Assembly (NCBI GenBank): GCA_963806225.1
Contig: CAWDXG010000004.1
Span: 3,424,001 to 3,488,000 of the forward strand
Length of the DNA stretch: 64,000 nucleotides
Direction: 5' to 3'
DNA from: an uncultured delta proteobacterium
GTDB taxonomy: Bacteria; Myxococcota_A; Polyangia; Polyangiales; Polyangiaceae
The notes under the pieces: generated by a model
What the model saw: the letters and a program-made list of their open reading frames with translations, nothing else
What the model was told of the DNA's origin: nothing
The model's database searches: none
Translations under genes and position numbers: made by a program
Shown here: in pieces, positions 29,500 through 39,728 of the stretch
Layout: each line of letters begins with the position of its first letter
Position numbering within the stretch: the stretch's first letter is position 1

Positions 29500-30759
29500 C
29501 TAGTCGAGGGGTTTCTCGGGCGGCGGCCGCATCGATTCGGCGTCGCTCACCTTGCGCACGGCGACGCGTTCGGCGCGGCGCGCAGTGGCCCTGAGCACGC
29601 TGAAACGATAGCCGTTCCAGTCGACCTCGTCGTTCGTGCGCGGCACGCGACCCAGCAGCTCGGCGACGAATCCGCCGAGCGTCACCAGCTCGACCTCCTC
29701 GTCGATGCCGAGCAGCTCGAACACTTTGCGGGTCTCCGCCCAGCCCCGGCACAGCAGGCTGTCGTCGGGGCGCCGTATTATGTACGGGTCCACGCGATCG
29801 CTCTCGTCCTCGATCTCGCCGACGATCTCCTCGAGCACGTCCTCCATCGTGACGATGCCCTGGATGCCGCCGTACTCGTCGACGACGATCGCCATGTGAC
29901 GGCGCTCTTCCTGGAAGGTGCGCAGAAGCCGCTCCAACGGGGTGGAAGACGGCACGAAGATGAGCGGGCCGAGCACCGATTTCCAGTCCAGCGGCTCCGG
30001 CGCCTCGCGCAGTCGGAACATCAGCTCCTTGACCAGCACGATGCCTTCCGCGGTGTCGAGATTCCCGTCGGGCGAGAAAGGAAAGCGGCTGTGCCCCGTA
30101 CGCTTGATGAGTGTGAGGTTCTCTTCCAGCGTCCGCTCGCCGGAGAGGAACGCCACGCCGTTGCGCGGAACCATGATGTCGTAGGCGGTCAGCTCGCGCA
30201 GCGCGGCAGCGCCCTCGATGATGTCGGCGGTCCGCGCCGCGACAACGCCTTCGGTGCGGCCTAGGCTGGCGAGCAGACGGATCTCCTCGATCGACGTCAC
30301 GGGGCGCTCCTGTCCGCGGCGCAACGCGCCCGAGATGCCGCGCGTGAGGAACAGGAGCGGCTTGAGCACGACCACCAGAAAGGAGACGAACAGCGCGACC
30401 GGCGCCGCGAGGCGTCCGGCGAAGGTCACTCCCATCGTCTTGGGAACGATCTCCGAGAGCAGCAGGATCGACAGCGTGAAGCCCAGCGTGAAGATCCAGA
30501 GCGTGGAAGGGTCGAAGACCCGGCCGTAGGTCGCGCCGGCGATCGCCGCGCCAATCGTGTTGGCAAACGTGTTCAGGATCAGGATCGCCGCGATGGGGAC
30601 GTCGATTTCCTTCTTGAACCGCCGCAGTGTCTCGCCCGCGCGGGACTTGCCGATCGCCTCGATCTCCGCGTGACTGACGCTCAAGAGCACCGCCTCGGAA
30701 GTCGAACACAGGAACGAGAAGACGAGCGCGAGCACGACGGCCAGGGAGAAGACCAGCAT
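29500..30759 (-). CDS. Hemolysin/CNNM family protein (DUF21-CBS pair-CorC_HlyC)
   Basis: [53 protein letters not shown] and TLGGF motifs. Confidence 0.93.
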   Translation of the reverse strand: MLVFSLAVVLALVFSFLCSTSEAVLLSVSHAEIEAIGKSRAGETLRRFKKEIDVPIAAILILNTFANTIGAAIAGATYGRVFDPSTLWIFTLGFTLSILLLSEIVPKTMGVTFAGRLAAPVALFVSFLVVVLKPLLFLTRGISGALRRGQERPVTSIEEIRLLASLGRTEGVVAARTADIIEGAAALRELTAYDIMVPRNGVAFLSGERTLEENLTLIKRTGHSRFPFSPDGNLDTAEGIVLVKELMFRLREAPEPLDWKSVLGPLIFVPSSTPLERLLRTFQEERRHMAIVVDEYGGIQGIVTMEDVLEEIVGEIEDESDRVDPYIIRRPDDSLLCRGWAETRKVFELLGIDEEVELVTLGGFVAELLGRVPRTNDEVDWNGYRFSVLRATARRAERVAVRKVSDAESMRPPPEKPLD

Positions 30760-30877
30760 CAGTTCCCGGATCCCGGACCGGTCACGGAGCGCACCTGGCG
30801 GACTTTCGGGCGTTCACCGCGTCGAGGGTAGCCCGAGCGCGCCGGCGAAGCACAGGCCCCGGCGTAGGCCCGCCGTT

Positions 30878-32257
30878 TCAGTACGGATTCTTGCGCGACA
30901 GGCCAAGCGCCGCGACGGGCTCGTCCTGCTCCGCTGCGGCCGCGTGGCGATCTCCCGGCGCTCTGCGGCCCCGGGACGACGACTTCGCCGCTGACCGGTG
31001 ATGGCGATGCTGGCGGATACCGAGGCCCCGGGCGGTAGCGCGTACCAGGTCGGTCTCCGGCTCGGCCTGCTCCGCCCGGACGGGCTCGCCGGACACCGGA
31101 GTCACCCGGGGCGCTCCGGGCGCGGCCGCTGCGGCTGCCGGCTCTGCCACGGCCGTCTCCGGCTCCTGGGGCGCTCGAGCCGCGACGCGAGGACCGAGCA
31201 GCGCGGCGCCGAGCGCCAGCCCGACGGCCGTGCCTGCGAGCGCGCTGCCGAGCGCGATCACCAGTCCTGGCGAGAGCCGGCGTCGCGCCGTGTGCCAGAG
31301 ACGCGCCCCCGGCGGCAGCATGCGCGGCGGAAGCTCCGCGTTGCCGGCGACACTGCGCCGGATGGCCTGCGCCGCACCCCGGCGCCGCCCGCGCGACGCA
31401 GCCAGCAGCAGCGCCATGGACTCGAGCTGCTCGGCCAGCTCGAGCGCGGTCTGGATACGCGCGGCGCGATCCTTGATCAGACACGTGTCGACAAGAGCCG
31501 CGAGCTCCGGCTCGAGCTCCGGCATCACGTCCGAGAGCGAACGATGCGGCCGGCCGACGATCTGCATCATCAGCGCGTTGTAGTTCCGGGCGATGAAGGG
31601 GTGTCGGCCGCACAGACACTCGTAGAGGAGCACGCCGAGCGACCACACGTCGGCACGGCAGTCGACCTTTTCCGCGCCCTGCGCCTGTTCCGGGCTCATG
31701 TAGGCGGGCGAGCCGAGCACGGCGCCGTCACCGGTCCGCACCCGTCCGTCGTACTGTGGACCCACGATCTTGCTGACGCCGAAGTCGAGAATCTTGGGCA
31801 CCTCGATCCGGCCGTCACCGCTCGTCGCGAAGAAGATGTTCGCGCTCGACAGGTCGCGGTGCACGATGCCCGTCTGGTGCGCACGGTGCAGCGCCCGCGC
31901 GATCCGCGCCAGGCTGGTGCACACCACGAACGGGTCGAGCCGGCCCTCGCGGCACAATCGCGCTTCCAGGCTCTCGCCCGACAGAAGCTCCATCACGAGA
32001 TAGGGCCGCCCCTCCCGCGTCTGTCCCGCGTCGAAGACATCGACGATGCCCGGATCGCGGAGCCGGCCCGTGGCCTTGGCCTCCCGCACGAACCGCTCGA
32101 GGGCCTCCTGGTTCCGCGCCAGAGCCGGCAGAAGCAGCTTGATCGCGAAATCGCGGTCAGTCCGCTCGTTGCGGGCCGCCCAGACCTCGCCCATGCCGCC
32201 TTCGCCGAGCCTCTTGATGAGGCGGTATCGACCCGAGATCAGAGTGCCAGAATCCAC
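30878..32257 (-). CDS. Transmembrane Ser/Thr protein kinase
   Basis: GEGGMG, FAIK, HRDLSSAN, DFG and YMSPEQ motifs; TM helix; tail ending RKNPY. GTG start inferred. Confidence 0.9.
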   Translation of the reverse strand: MDSGTLISGRYRLIKRLGEGGMGEVWAARNERTDRDFAIKLLLPALARNQEALERFVREAKATGRLRDPGIVDVFDAGQTREGRPYLVMELLSGESLEARLCREGRLDPFVVCTSLARIARALHRAHQTGIVHRDLSSANIFFATSGDGRIEVPKILDFGVSKIVGPQYDGRVRTGDGAVLGSPAYMSPEQAQGAEKVDCRADVWSLGVLLYECLCGRHPFIARNYNALMMQIVGRPHRSLSDVMPELEPELAALVDTCLIKDRAARIQTALELAEQLESMALLLAASRGRRRGAAQAIRRSVAGNAELPPRMLPPGARLWHTARRRLSPGLVIALGSALAGTAVGLALGAALLGPRVAARAPQEPETAVAEPAAAAAAPGAPRVTPVSGEPVRAEQAEPETDLVRATARGLGIRQHRHHRSAAKSSSRGRRAPGDRHAAAAEQDEPVAALGLSRKNPY

Positions 32258-32320
32258 AATCGAATTTTGCCTGGAGCCGGGTAGGGACGGCCAAGATCCC
32301 CGCGCCCCCGCCCCGCGCCC

Positions 32321-32445
32321 CCGGCGCAGCGAAGCAAGCCCGCGATGAGCGAAGCGAGGCGCGTCGGGGGTCCGGGGGCGGTGAGCCCCCGGCGGAGGAC
32401 TACGGCGGGGGTGGGCGGGCGGGACACAAACCATCCAACCCGCAC
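32321..32445. repeat. Interspersed ~125-bp intergenic repeat, copy 1
   Basis: Aligns with 49674-49800. The 40-bp core 32393-32432 has only 3 mismatches and contains GGGTGGGCGGGCGGG. Confidence 0.8.
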
Positions 32446-32511
32446 ATTGCCGTAGGGCGATGCGAAGCGAGCCCCCGGACCGCGACGTCCGCCGAGTGAC
32501 GTCAGCCGCGC

Positions 32512-33654
32512 CTACTGCGCGCCTGCGAGCTGCTGCTGCTGCTGCTGGAGGAACTGCGCCACGGCACGGGAGCGCTCGATGGCGAACTGCTTGACCTCGC
32601 GATCCGAGGAGCCAGCGAGGGCGTTGAGCAGCTTGGTCACCTTGTCGAGGTCCTTCTTCTGGAACAGCGCCTCGAAGTAGTTGTTCGCGAGCCGCACATC
32701 GCTCGCCATCATCGCCTCGTGCTTGGAGAGCAGGCCGATCACGTTGTCGAGATCGCCCTTCTGACCGTACAGGGCCGAGAGGCAGATGAGCGCGAGCGGA
32801 TCCTTGTCGTTGCGCTCGACTGCTTTCTTCGCGAAGGTCACCGCCTTTTCGCGCGTCTCTTCCTCGCCGGCGTAGAAGCCCTGGATCGCGATGAACGGCG
32901 CGGCGGTCTTCTTGTTGGGCTCGGCGTCGGCCAGCTCGCTGACCTCCTTGATGGCCGCGTCCTCGTTCTCCGCCTCACGGATGGTCGAGAACAGATACGC
33001 CCAAGCGTCGACGCTGTTCGGATCGATCTGGAGGGCGTGCCGGATCATCTCGCGCTCGCCCTTCGTGTCGCCCTTGCCGCCGAGCGCCTTGGCCAGGTGC
33101 AGCGACGGGAAGGGGCTGTCCTTCATGAGGTTCTGCGCGCCCTTCAGGGTGCCCTCGGCCTTTTCCCACTTCTCCTGCCGGAGCTGCGCCACGCCCAGCC
33201 CGAGCCAGTCCTCGCCGGTGCCGCCCGACGCCACCACCTTGGCGAGCACCTTCTCCGCCTTCTCGAAGCGCTCGTACTTCATCAGCTCCTGGGCGTAGAG
33301 CCGGCCGCGGTTCAGGTCGTTCTTGTTCTCCTGCCAGTGCTTGTCGAGACCGGACAGCAGATCTTCCAGCCCGATGGCGATGGGACGCCCCTCGGCGTCC
33401 TGCACCTGCACCGCCGGACCGTTGAAGCCCAGAAGCTCCCACATCTTGTCCGAGTCGATGACCACCGGGCCCTTCTTGATGGACTCGGTGAGTTCCTTGG
33501 AGGGCTCGCTGAGCGGAAGCACCACCATCGCGTTGCCGGGCACACCGCCCGGAAATGCGCTCACCGGCGCGACGATGGCGGCGCCGCCCTGCAGCTGGAG
33601 GTTCGCGGCAGGCTGTCCATTCCCCGGGAGACCGGGTGCATTCGGCTGGCTCAT
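32512..33654 (-). CDS. Tetratricopeptide-repeat protein
   Basis: WLGLGVAQLRQEKWEKAE, ALQIDPNSVDAW and similar TPR-like helical pairs. GAGGAG RBS upstream of the ATG. Confidence 0.8.
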   Translation of the reverse strand: MSQPNAPGLPGNGQPAANLQLQGGAAIVAPVSAFPGGVPGNAMVVLPLSEPSKELTESIKKGPVVIDSDKMWELLGFNGPAVQVQDAEGRPIAIGLEDLLSGLDKHWQENKNDLNRGRLYAQELMKYERFEKAEKVLAKVVASGGTGEDWLGLGVAQLRQEKWEKAEGTLKGAQNLMKDSPFPSLHLAKALGGKGDTKGEREMIRHALQIDPNSVDAWAYLFSTIREAENEDAAIKEVSELADAEPNKKTAAPFIAIQGFYAGEEETREKAVTFAKKAVERNDKDPLALICLSALYGQKGDLDNVIGLLSKHEAMMASDVRLANNYFEALFQKKDLDKVTKLLNALAGSSDREVKQFAIERSRAVAQFLQQQQQQLAGAQ

Positions 33655-33882
33655 GTGATCTCCTCTCGTGCGGAGCGAGCTCGGGCTCGTCAGCGCAGCA
33701 CGGGGCCCCGGCTCCGGGGCCGCCCCCGCTCCCCCGGGCTCGTTCGCGCGGCAGGGAGGGGCGCGGAAACTAGCAGCGGACCGGGGGCCCGGCAATAGCG
33801 TGCGACGCCGGAATCTCCCGCTGCGCCCGGGCAGGGCCGGCCGGGTTAGCATGGGCCGACCGTCGCCCCCGGAGACCCCACG

Positions 33883-34407
33883 ATGAGACCCGCCCTGTCA
33901 GCCCGGATCAGCGCCGCCGCCGCCGCGGGGCTCTTGCTCCTCGCAGCGCGCTCGGCCCAGGCGGACCAGAGCCGCATCAAGCAGCCCGGCGTGCACCCCG
34001 ACTACCACTTCGAAGCCGAGCCCCACTTCATGTTCGGTCTCGACCCGCCCGGCGGCAAGGCAGGGCGCGGCTTCGGCCCCGGCTTCCGCGGCACGATCGA
34101 GCTCGTCGACAACGGCTTCATCACCAGCATCAACAACACCATCGGCATCGGCTTCGGCTTCGACTGGATCGCTTTTTCGCACAAGGCGACCAGCGTCTGG
34201 GTACCGATCGTGATGCAGTGGAACTTCTGGCTCTCCGACAACTGGTCGGTGTTCGGCGAGCCGGGTTTCGGCTTCTACCTGGGCAACGCGACCGGCGTGC
34301 GGGGCGTGGGCGCGGTCGGCGTCCGGCTACATTTCAACGATACGATCGCGCTGACGCTCCGCGCAGGCTATCCGGCATTTTCCGCCGGCCTCTCGTTCCT
34401 GCTGTAG
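33883..34407 (+). CDS. Small outer-membrane beta-barrel-like protein (paralogue 1)
   Basis: Signal peptide; FEAEPH, IGFGFDW, MQWNFW and WSVFGEPG motifs; C-terminal GLSFLL. Confidence 0.65.
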   Translation: MRPALSARISAAAAAGLLLLAARSAQADQSRIKQPGVHPDYHFEAEPHFMFGLDPPGGKAGRGFGPGFRGTIELVDNGFITSINNTIGIGFGFDWIAFSHKATSVWVPIVMQWNFWLSDNWSVFGEPGFGFYLGNATGVRGVGAVGVRLHFNDTIALTLRAGYPAFSAGLSFLL

Positions 34408-34426
34408 AAAGGAAAGCGTGCCCGGA

Positions 34427-35038
34427 ATGCGCCCCCATCTATTCCCCGCACTGGTTCCGGCAGTCGCGCTGGCCGGCGTGCTCCTCGGTCTGGCGCGACC
34501 CGCCGCAGCGGACACGGTGGTCATCAAGCGCGATGGCGACCACCCCCGCTACATCTTCGAAGCGGAGCCGCACCTGCTCGTGGGCGCGCTCAACCCGCCC
34601 GGGCCGGCGCACGACGTAGGCTTCGGTGTCGGCTTCCGAGGCACCATCCAGCTGCTGGACAAGGGCTTCATCAGGCACCTCAACGACAGCGTCGGCATCG
34701 GCTTCGGCTTCGACTGGTTGCACTACAGCCACGGCGAGCTGCACTGCAACCGCGCGTTCCTCGGCGGACCGAACAACCAGACCCAGTGCTACGACAGCAC
34801 GTACAAGCCGGTGAGCTACTTCTACATCCCGGTCGTGATGCAGTGGAATTTCTGGATCAGCCGCAACTGGTCGGTGTTCGGCGAACCCGGCGCAGCGTTC
34901 CGCATCGTGGATCCGGGGAGCAATCACTTCGACCCGGTGGCTTACGTCGGCGGGCGCTGGCACTTCGCCGACTTTGCAGCGCTCACCCTCCGGGTCGGCT
35001 ACCCCGACTTCTCGGTGGGCGTGTCGTTCCTGCTCTGA
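34427..35038 (+). CDS. Small outer-membrane beta-barrel-like protein (paralogue 2)
   Basis: Shares the same motifs as 33883..34407, with an extra Cys-bounded loop. Confidence 0.65.
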   Translation: MRPHLFPALVPAVALAGVLLGLARPAAADTVVIKRDGDHPRYIFEAEPHLLVGALNPPGPAHDVGFGVGFRGTIQLLDKGFIRHLNDSVGIGFGFDWLHYSHGELHCNRAFLGGPNNQTQCYDSTYKPVSYFYIPVVMQWNFWISRNWSVFGEPGAAFRIVDPGSNHFDPVAYVGGRWHFADFAALTLRVGYPDFSVGVSFLL

Positions 35039-35187
35039 GCCGATCCGTGGACGCAGGGCCCGGCCGAAAGGCCTGTAGAGCCGCGAACGGGCGCAGCCAG
35101 CGTGGCGGGATCGCCATCGAGAGGTTATAGAAAGAAGCTGGATGAGGAAGTCCGGAGCATCCGAATCGTGCGCCTGGTGACCCAGCG

Positions 35188-36214
35188 ATGAGCCTGTACC
35201 TGATCGGAATCCTGGGTCTGGCTCTGTTGATGGTCGTGCACGAGGGCGGCCACCTCATCGCCGCGCGCGCCTTCGGCATGCGGGTGATCAAGTTCAGCAT
35301 CGGCTTTGGCCCGGCGCTGTGGCGTCACCAGCCGAAGAAAAGCGAGACCATCTACCAGGTCGCCCTGATCCCGTTCCTGGCCTACGTCCAGATCGCCGGG
35401 ATGAACCCGCTCGAGGAGATCGACCCGGACGACGAGGGCAGCTACGCGAACGCCTCGCTCATCGGGCGCATCTCCGCGATCGTGGCCGGCCCGCTGGCGA
35501 ACTACCTGTTCGCTTCGGTCCTGTTCTTCGCGGCCTTCATGATCGGCGGCGAGCCGGTGCCGACCACGCACATCGACGTGATGCCCAACGGCGCAGCCCA
35601 CGCCGCGCACATGAAGGATGGCGATCGCATCGTCAGCATCGACGGCACGCCGATGAAGGACTGGGACAAGATGCGCGACATCATCCTGGCCAGCCCGAAC
35701 AAGCCGCTGCACATCGTCGTCAAGCGCAAGAAGAAGGACGTGACCCTGGTGGTCACGCCGAAGCCCGACGCGAAGAACGGCGGCGGGCTCATCGGCGTCA
35801 CGCCGATCCCGAAGATCGTCCCGATGAGCGTCAAGGACGCCGCGGTCCGCTCGGTCGTGTACCCCGCCAAGGTGGTGCAGGCCCTTGTCGTGGGTCTATC
35901 GAGGATGATCACCCTGCAGGAAAAGCCCCAGCTGACCGGGCCGGTCGGCATCGTGAAGGAAGCCAAGCGGGCCGCCGAACGCAGCTGGGCCGACTATCTG
36001 ACCCTGCTCGGGCTGCTTGAGCGCCTATCTGGGCGGATTCAACCTGGTGCCGTTCCCGGCGCTCGACGGCGGCCGGCTGATGTTCCTGGCCTACGAGGCG
36101 GTCACGCGGCGGCGACCGAACGCGCGCATCGAAGCGCAGATCCATGCCGTAGGACTACTGATGCTGATCGCCCTGATCCTGGTGGTCAGCGTGTTCGACA
36201 TCCGCGGCAATTGA
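35188..36214 (+). CDS. rseP: RIP metalloprotease RseP (M50 + PDZ), apparent frameshift near 36017
   Basis: HEGGH, AGPLANY and a PDZ domain (KDGDRIVSIDG), plus GPVGI. NLVPFPALDGGR follows in the next frame. Confidence 0.88.
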
Positions 36215-37059
36215 AGGCCGGAGAGCGGAACGAGCGAATAGAGTCGTTGGACCAGATCGTCTTCCACGGAACAGGGCTGCACAGCGGCGCACAATGCGCC
36301 GTCGGGCTGCGCCGCCGCTCGGGCGGCCTCGCGTTCGTGCAGGACGGCCACAGCGCGGCGCTCGACGAGCTTTCCGTGGTCCGGGCGGACCGAGGCGTGC
36401 AGGTGCGGTCGGACAGCGGGCTCGAGGTCGATCTCGTCGAGCACCTGCTGGCGGCCATGGCGGGCCTGTCGATACGCCGCGGCCTGGAGGTCGAGCTCAC
36501 GGGCCCCGAGGTACCGCTGCTCGACGGTGGCGCGCTGGAGATCTCGCGCGCGCGCTCGGCGCCCTGGACCCGCCGCGTGATCCTCCAGGTCTGCGCGTCG
36601 CCCAGGCCGGCGATATCCACGTGGATGGGACGCGCTACGTGTTCGAACCCGGTGACGCGTCGAGATCGAGGTTGACGTCGAGTTCCGAGGGCGTCGGGCC
36701 CGGAGAGCGCGCGCTGGTCCGGCGATGCCAATGAGTTCCTGTTGGAAATCGCGCCGGCGCGGACCTTCGGGTTCAGCGACGAGGCTGACCAGCTTCGAGA
36801 GACCGGGCGCGCTGGCCACGTCGACCCGCGCGCCGTGATCGTGCTCGAGCGCGACGGCAGCGTGGCCCCACCCGGCGAACCGCCCGGGCCGGCCGAGCTG
36901 GCGCGCCACAAGCTGCTGGACCTGCTGGGCGACCTGTACCTGTTCGGGGGCCCGCCGCTCGGCCGGCTGCGCGCATCGCGCCCGGGACACGCCCGGAATC
37001 AACGGGCAATGCGCCAGGCGCTCGAGTACGGACTGCTCGAACCGGTCGAACATCGCTGA
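36211..37059 (+). CDS. lpxC: UDP-3-O-acyl-N-acetylglucosamine deacetylase LpxC-like (several apparent frameshifts)
   Basis: GTGLHSG, VEHLLAA, EVPLLDG, EIAPARTFGF, RHKLLDLLGDL and GHARN motifs, spread across reading frames. Confidence 0.8.
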
Positions 37060-37091
37060 GAACCAGCACTTTGGTGCTACGCTGCGACGAC

Positions 37092-37795
37092 ATGCGGGCG
37101 CGCGCTCGGTTGTTGCCGTTGCTGCTCGCGGGCGGCCTCCTGACGGCCTGCGGCACCCCCAAGGTGCGACTAGCGGAAGGCCCGCGCGAGTACGCGCCCT
37201 CCGACTACGAGTCCGTGCTGCGCAAGTGGACGCGCAGCCAGCAGCTGATCGTGGCCAGCCAGCTCGACAACGTGCTGACGGTCACCGCGACCTACGAGTC
37301 GTGGGATTTCCGCTGGGCGTACGTGGTGCGCTACGCCGAGGACTACCGCCTGACCGTCGACCAGCGCCGCGCACTGCTCGAGCGCTCGCTCGCCGAGACC
37401 CGCGAAGAGCCACCAGTTCTACGTGGCGCTGTACGCCCAGCGTTACAAGTGGAGCGATCTGACCGCGGACAACGCCGCCTGGATCGTCCGGCTCATCGAC
37501 GACCAGGGCGACGAGACGGCGCCGACGGACATCGAAGCCATCAAGCGAGCCTGGCGCCATCGAGAGGACGTACTTCCCGTACACGACGCCCTGGCGCAAG
37601 CGCCTACCGCATCCGCTTTCCGCGGTTGAAGGCCGACGGACAGCCCGACCATCTCGCCGACGAGCGAAGTGGTTCGGGCTGCGTTTCGCCGGCGCGCAGG
37701 GCAACGAGGAGCTGGTGTGGCAGCTCGCGGGCGGCAACGAGCCGCCGCCGGTGGCGGTCAACCCGCCAGGATCTCGAGAAGTGGCGGAACGCTGA
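37092..37795 (+). CDS. Hypothetical lipoprotein (multiple apparent frameshifts)
   Basis: Lipobox LLTAC. A coherent protein can be reconstructed across frames (FYVALYAQ, YFPYTTPWR, FAGAQG). End is approximate. Confidence 0.55.
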
Positions 37796-39635
37796 CCATC
37801 AGCTCGTGCGCCACATGGCGCCCGGCGAACAGCAGCAGCGTACCGTCCGGTCCAGCACGGGCGGTCGCCGGGGCCGGACCGGCGGCCATCACTTCCGTGG
37901 AGAACAGGAAATCGCCGGGACCGAGCTCGTCCTGGACCTCGCCCTCGCCGTCGACGATCTCGATGCGCCCTGCACCGATGATGTAGATACCGGTGACCGG
38001 CTCGCCCTCTTTGACGATGATCTCGGCCGGCTCGCAGCGATGCGGACCTCGCAGCGATCGGTAACCGCGGCGCGCAGCGTGTCGTCGAGCCGCTCGCCGA
38101 GCTCGCCCATGGTGGCGCCTGCCAGCGCCTGGTAGCGGTCGGCGACAACCCGGAGCTCGTCCGCCACCCAGGGGCAATCGGCGGTGGCTTGTTCGAGCGC
38201 TTCGCGACCCCACACCGCCACCACGGTGTCGTCCTCGCCGGCGACCACCCGCAGCGCCACGCCGTCGGCCAGCGTACCGACCGTGAAGACGACTTCGCCC
38301 ACAGCGGCGCGAGCGCAGGCGGCGTCGGCGATCGCCGGCATGATGTTCACCCACCCACGCACGACCAACGCGACGCCGAACGCGCTGACTTCCTCGTCGG
38401 TCTGCAGGGTCTCGAGCCGGACCGCATCGGCCAGCGTCTGCTGGGAGTCCTCCGGAAGGTCCTCGAGCCCCCTCACGTCGGCGAGCGAGACACCGCCTAC
38501 GCTCGGCGCCGCCGGCTCGGGCTCGGGCTCGGGCTCGGGTTCGGGCTCGGGCTCGGGCTCGGGTTCGGGCTCGGGTTCGGGCTCGGGTCGCCGGCTCGGG
38601 CACGGGCTCGGTTTCGGTTTCGGGCTCGGGCTCGGGCTCGGGCTCGGTTTCGGGCTCGGTTTCGGGCTCGGGTTCGGGCTCGGGTTCGGGTTCGGGCGCC
38701 GGCACGGGCGGCAGCAGCGCGGACTCCGGAGCCGGCACCTCGGTGTCCAGCCCTGAAGCGGAGAGCAGCGTGTCCACGGGCACGACGGGGGTCGGCGGTT
38801 CCGGCTCGGTCGGCACCGGTTCCGATTCCAGCTCGTCGTCCTCCAACAGCTCGGCGTCGTCGAGCAGCTCGGCCTCCTCCAGGGCTCCGGGCGGTGGAAC
38901 CGGCGGCGGTGGCGGAGCGGGCGGCGGAGGAGCTGCGGCTTCCTGCGCCGGCGGGGACGGGGCAGGCGGGGACGCGGCAGGCGGGGACGCGGCGGGCGCA
39001 GCCGCATGAGCGTCGGCGCCCGCACCAAGGTCATCGAGATCGACCTCGACGCTGGTCGGCATCGGAGGGCGAGGCGCCGGCACCTCCTGACCCGGCGGCG
39101 GCCACGGCACGGCGGGCGGGGGCGGCGCTGCTTCCTGACCCGGCGGAGGCCACGGCACAGCGGGCGGGGGCGGCGCTGCTTGCTGACCCGGCGGCGGCCA
39201 CGGCACAGCGGGCGGGGGCGGCGCTGCTTCCTGTCCCGGCGGAGGCCACGGCACAGCGGGCGGGGGCGGCGCTGCTTCCTGACCCGGCGGAGGCCACGGC
39301 GCAGCGGGCGGGGGCGGCACCTGCGGCTCCGGCGCCCCCGCCAACAAGGCGTCGATTTCCCCTCCGGACGAGGGTGGCGACGCCGACGCTCCCGCCTGCG
39401 CCTGTTCCAGCATCTGCTCGGTCAGCTGGGCCGCGACGCCGTTCAGAGCCGTCGCGCGTTCCGCCTGGCCCCCCTGGATGGCCGCATCCACCGCCCTTCT
39501 GAGCCACGCGATCGCGTCGGAAAACGCGCCGCGTTTCCACTGTACGGCAGCCGTCTGCAGCGCCCACGCAACGTCGTCGTCATCGTTGTCTAGAGGCGGC
39601 GGAATGCCTAACGACGAAGGGGGCGCGCCGTTCAT
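37758..39635 (-). CDS. Cyclic-nucleotide-binding domain protein with long Pro/Glu-rich linker (apparent frameshifts ~38590 and ~38040)
   Basis: C-terminal cNMP-like domain ([20 protein letters not shown]...LGPGDF...ATARA), preceded by a second degenerate cNMP-like domain. Confidence 0.7.
   Translation of the reverse strand: MNGAPPSSLGIPPPLDNDDDDVAWALQTAAVQWKRGAFSDAIAWLRRAVDAAIQGGQAERATALNGVAAQLTEQMLEQAQAGASASPPSSGGEIDALLAGAPEPQVPPPPAAPWPPPGQEAAPPPPAVPWPPPGQEAAPPPPAVPWPPPGQQAAPPPPAVPWPPPGQEAAPPPPAVPWPPPGQEVPAPRPPMPTSVEVDLDDLGAGADAHAAAPAASPPAASPPAPSPPAQEAAAPPPPAPPPPPVPPPGALEEAELLDDAELLEDDELESEPVPTEPEPPTPVVPVDTLLSASGLDTEVPAPESALLPPVPAPEPEPEPEPEPETEPETEPEPEPEPETETEPVPEPATRARTRARTRARARARTRARARARAGGAERRRCLARRREGARGPSGGLPADAGRCGPARDPADRRGSQRVRRRVGRAWVGEHHAGDRRRRLRSRRCGRSRLHGRYAGRRRGAAGGRRRGRHRGGGVGSRSARTSHRRLPLGGGRAPGCRRPLPGAGRRHHGRARRAARRHAARRGYRSLRGPHRCEPAEIIVKEGEPVTGIYIIGAGRIEIVDGEGEVQDELGPGDFLFSTEVMAAGPAPATARAGPDGTLLLFAGRHVAHELMVSVPPLLEILAG
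38514..38696. repeat. Hexamer tandem repeat (GG[C/T]TCG)n encoding a (PE)n tract
   Basis: About 30 imperfect 6-bp units inside the cNMP-domain gene. Confidence 0.9.
39083..39320. repeat. 48-bp tandem repeat (about 5 copies) encoding [16 protein letters not shown]
   Basis: Near-identical units are visible in both DNA and protein. Confidence 0.9.
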
Positions 39636-39728
39636 CGGAGCCAGGGTCGTATCATAGGTGCAAGCGGGCCCGCGCTGCAAAGCTCCGCGCGCGGCCCGAT
39701 TGCCGCACAGCGGTAGCGCCCGCAGAGG

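Noticed and set aside
35188..36675. Apparent RseP-LpxC fusion
   Set aside because: It is produced by an extra base near 36017. The RseP C-terminus (NLVPFPALDGG) is in the next frame and has its own stop at 36214.
39083..39320. Regular repeats as a possible CRISPR array
   Set aside because: These are head-to-tail in-frame coding repeats with no unique spacers, and there are no cas genes. The same applies to 38514-38696 and 60160-60402.
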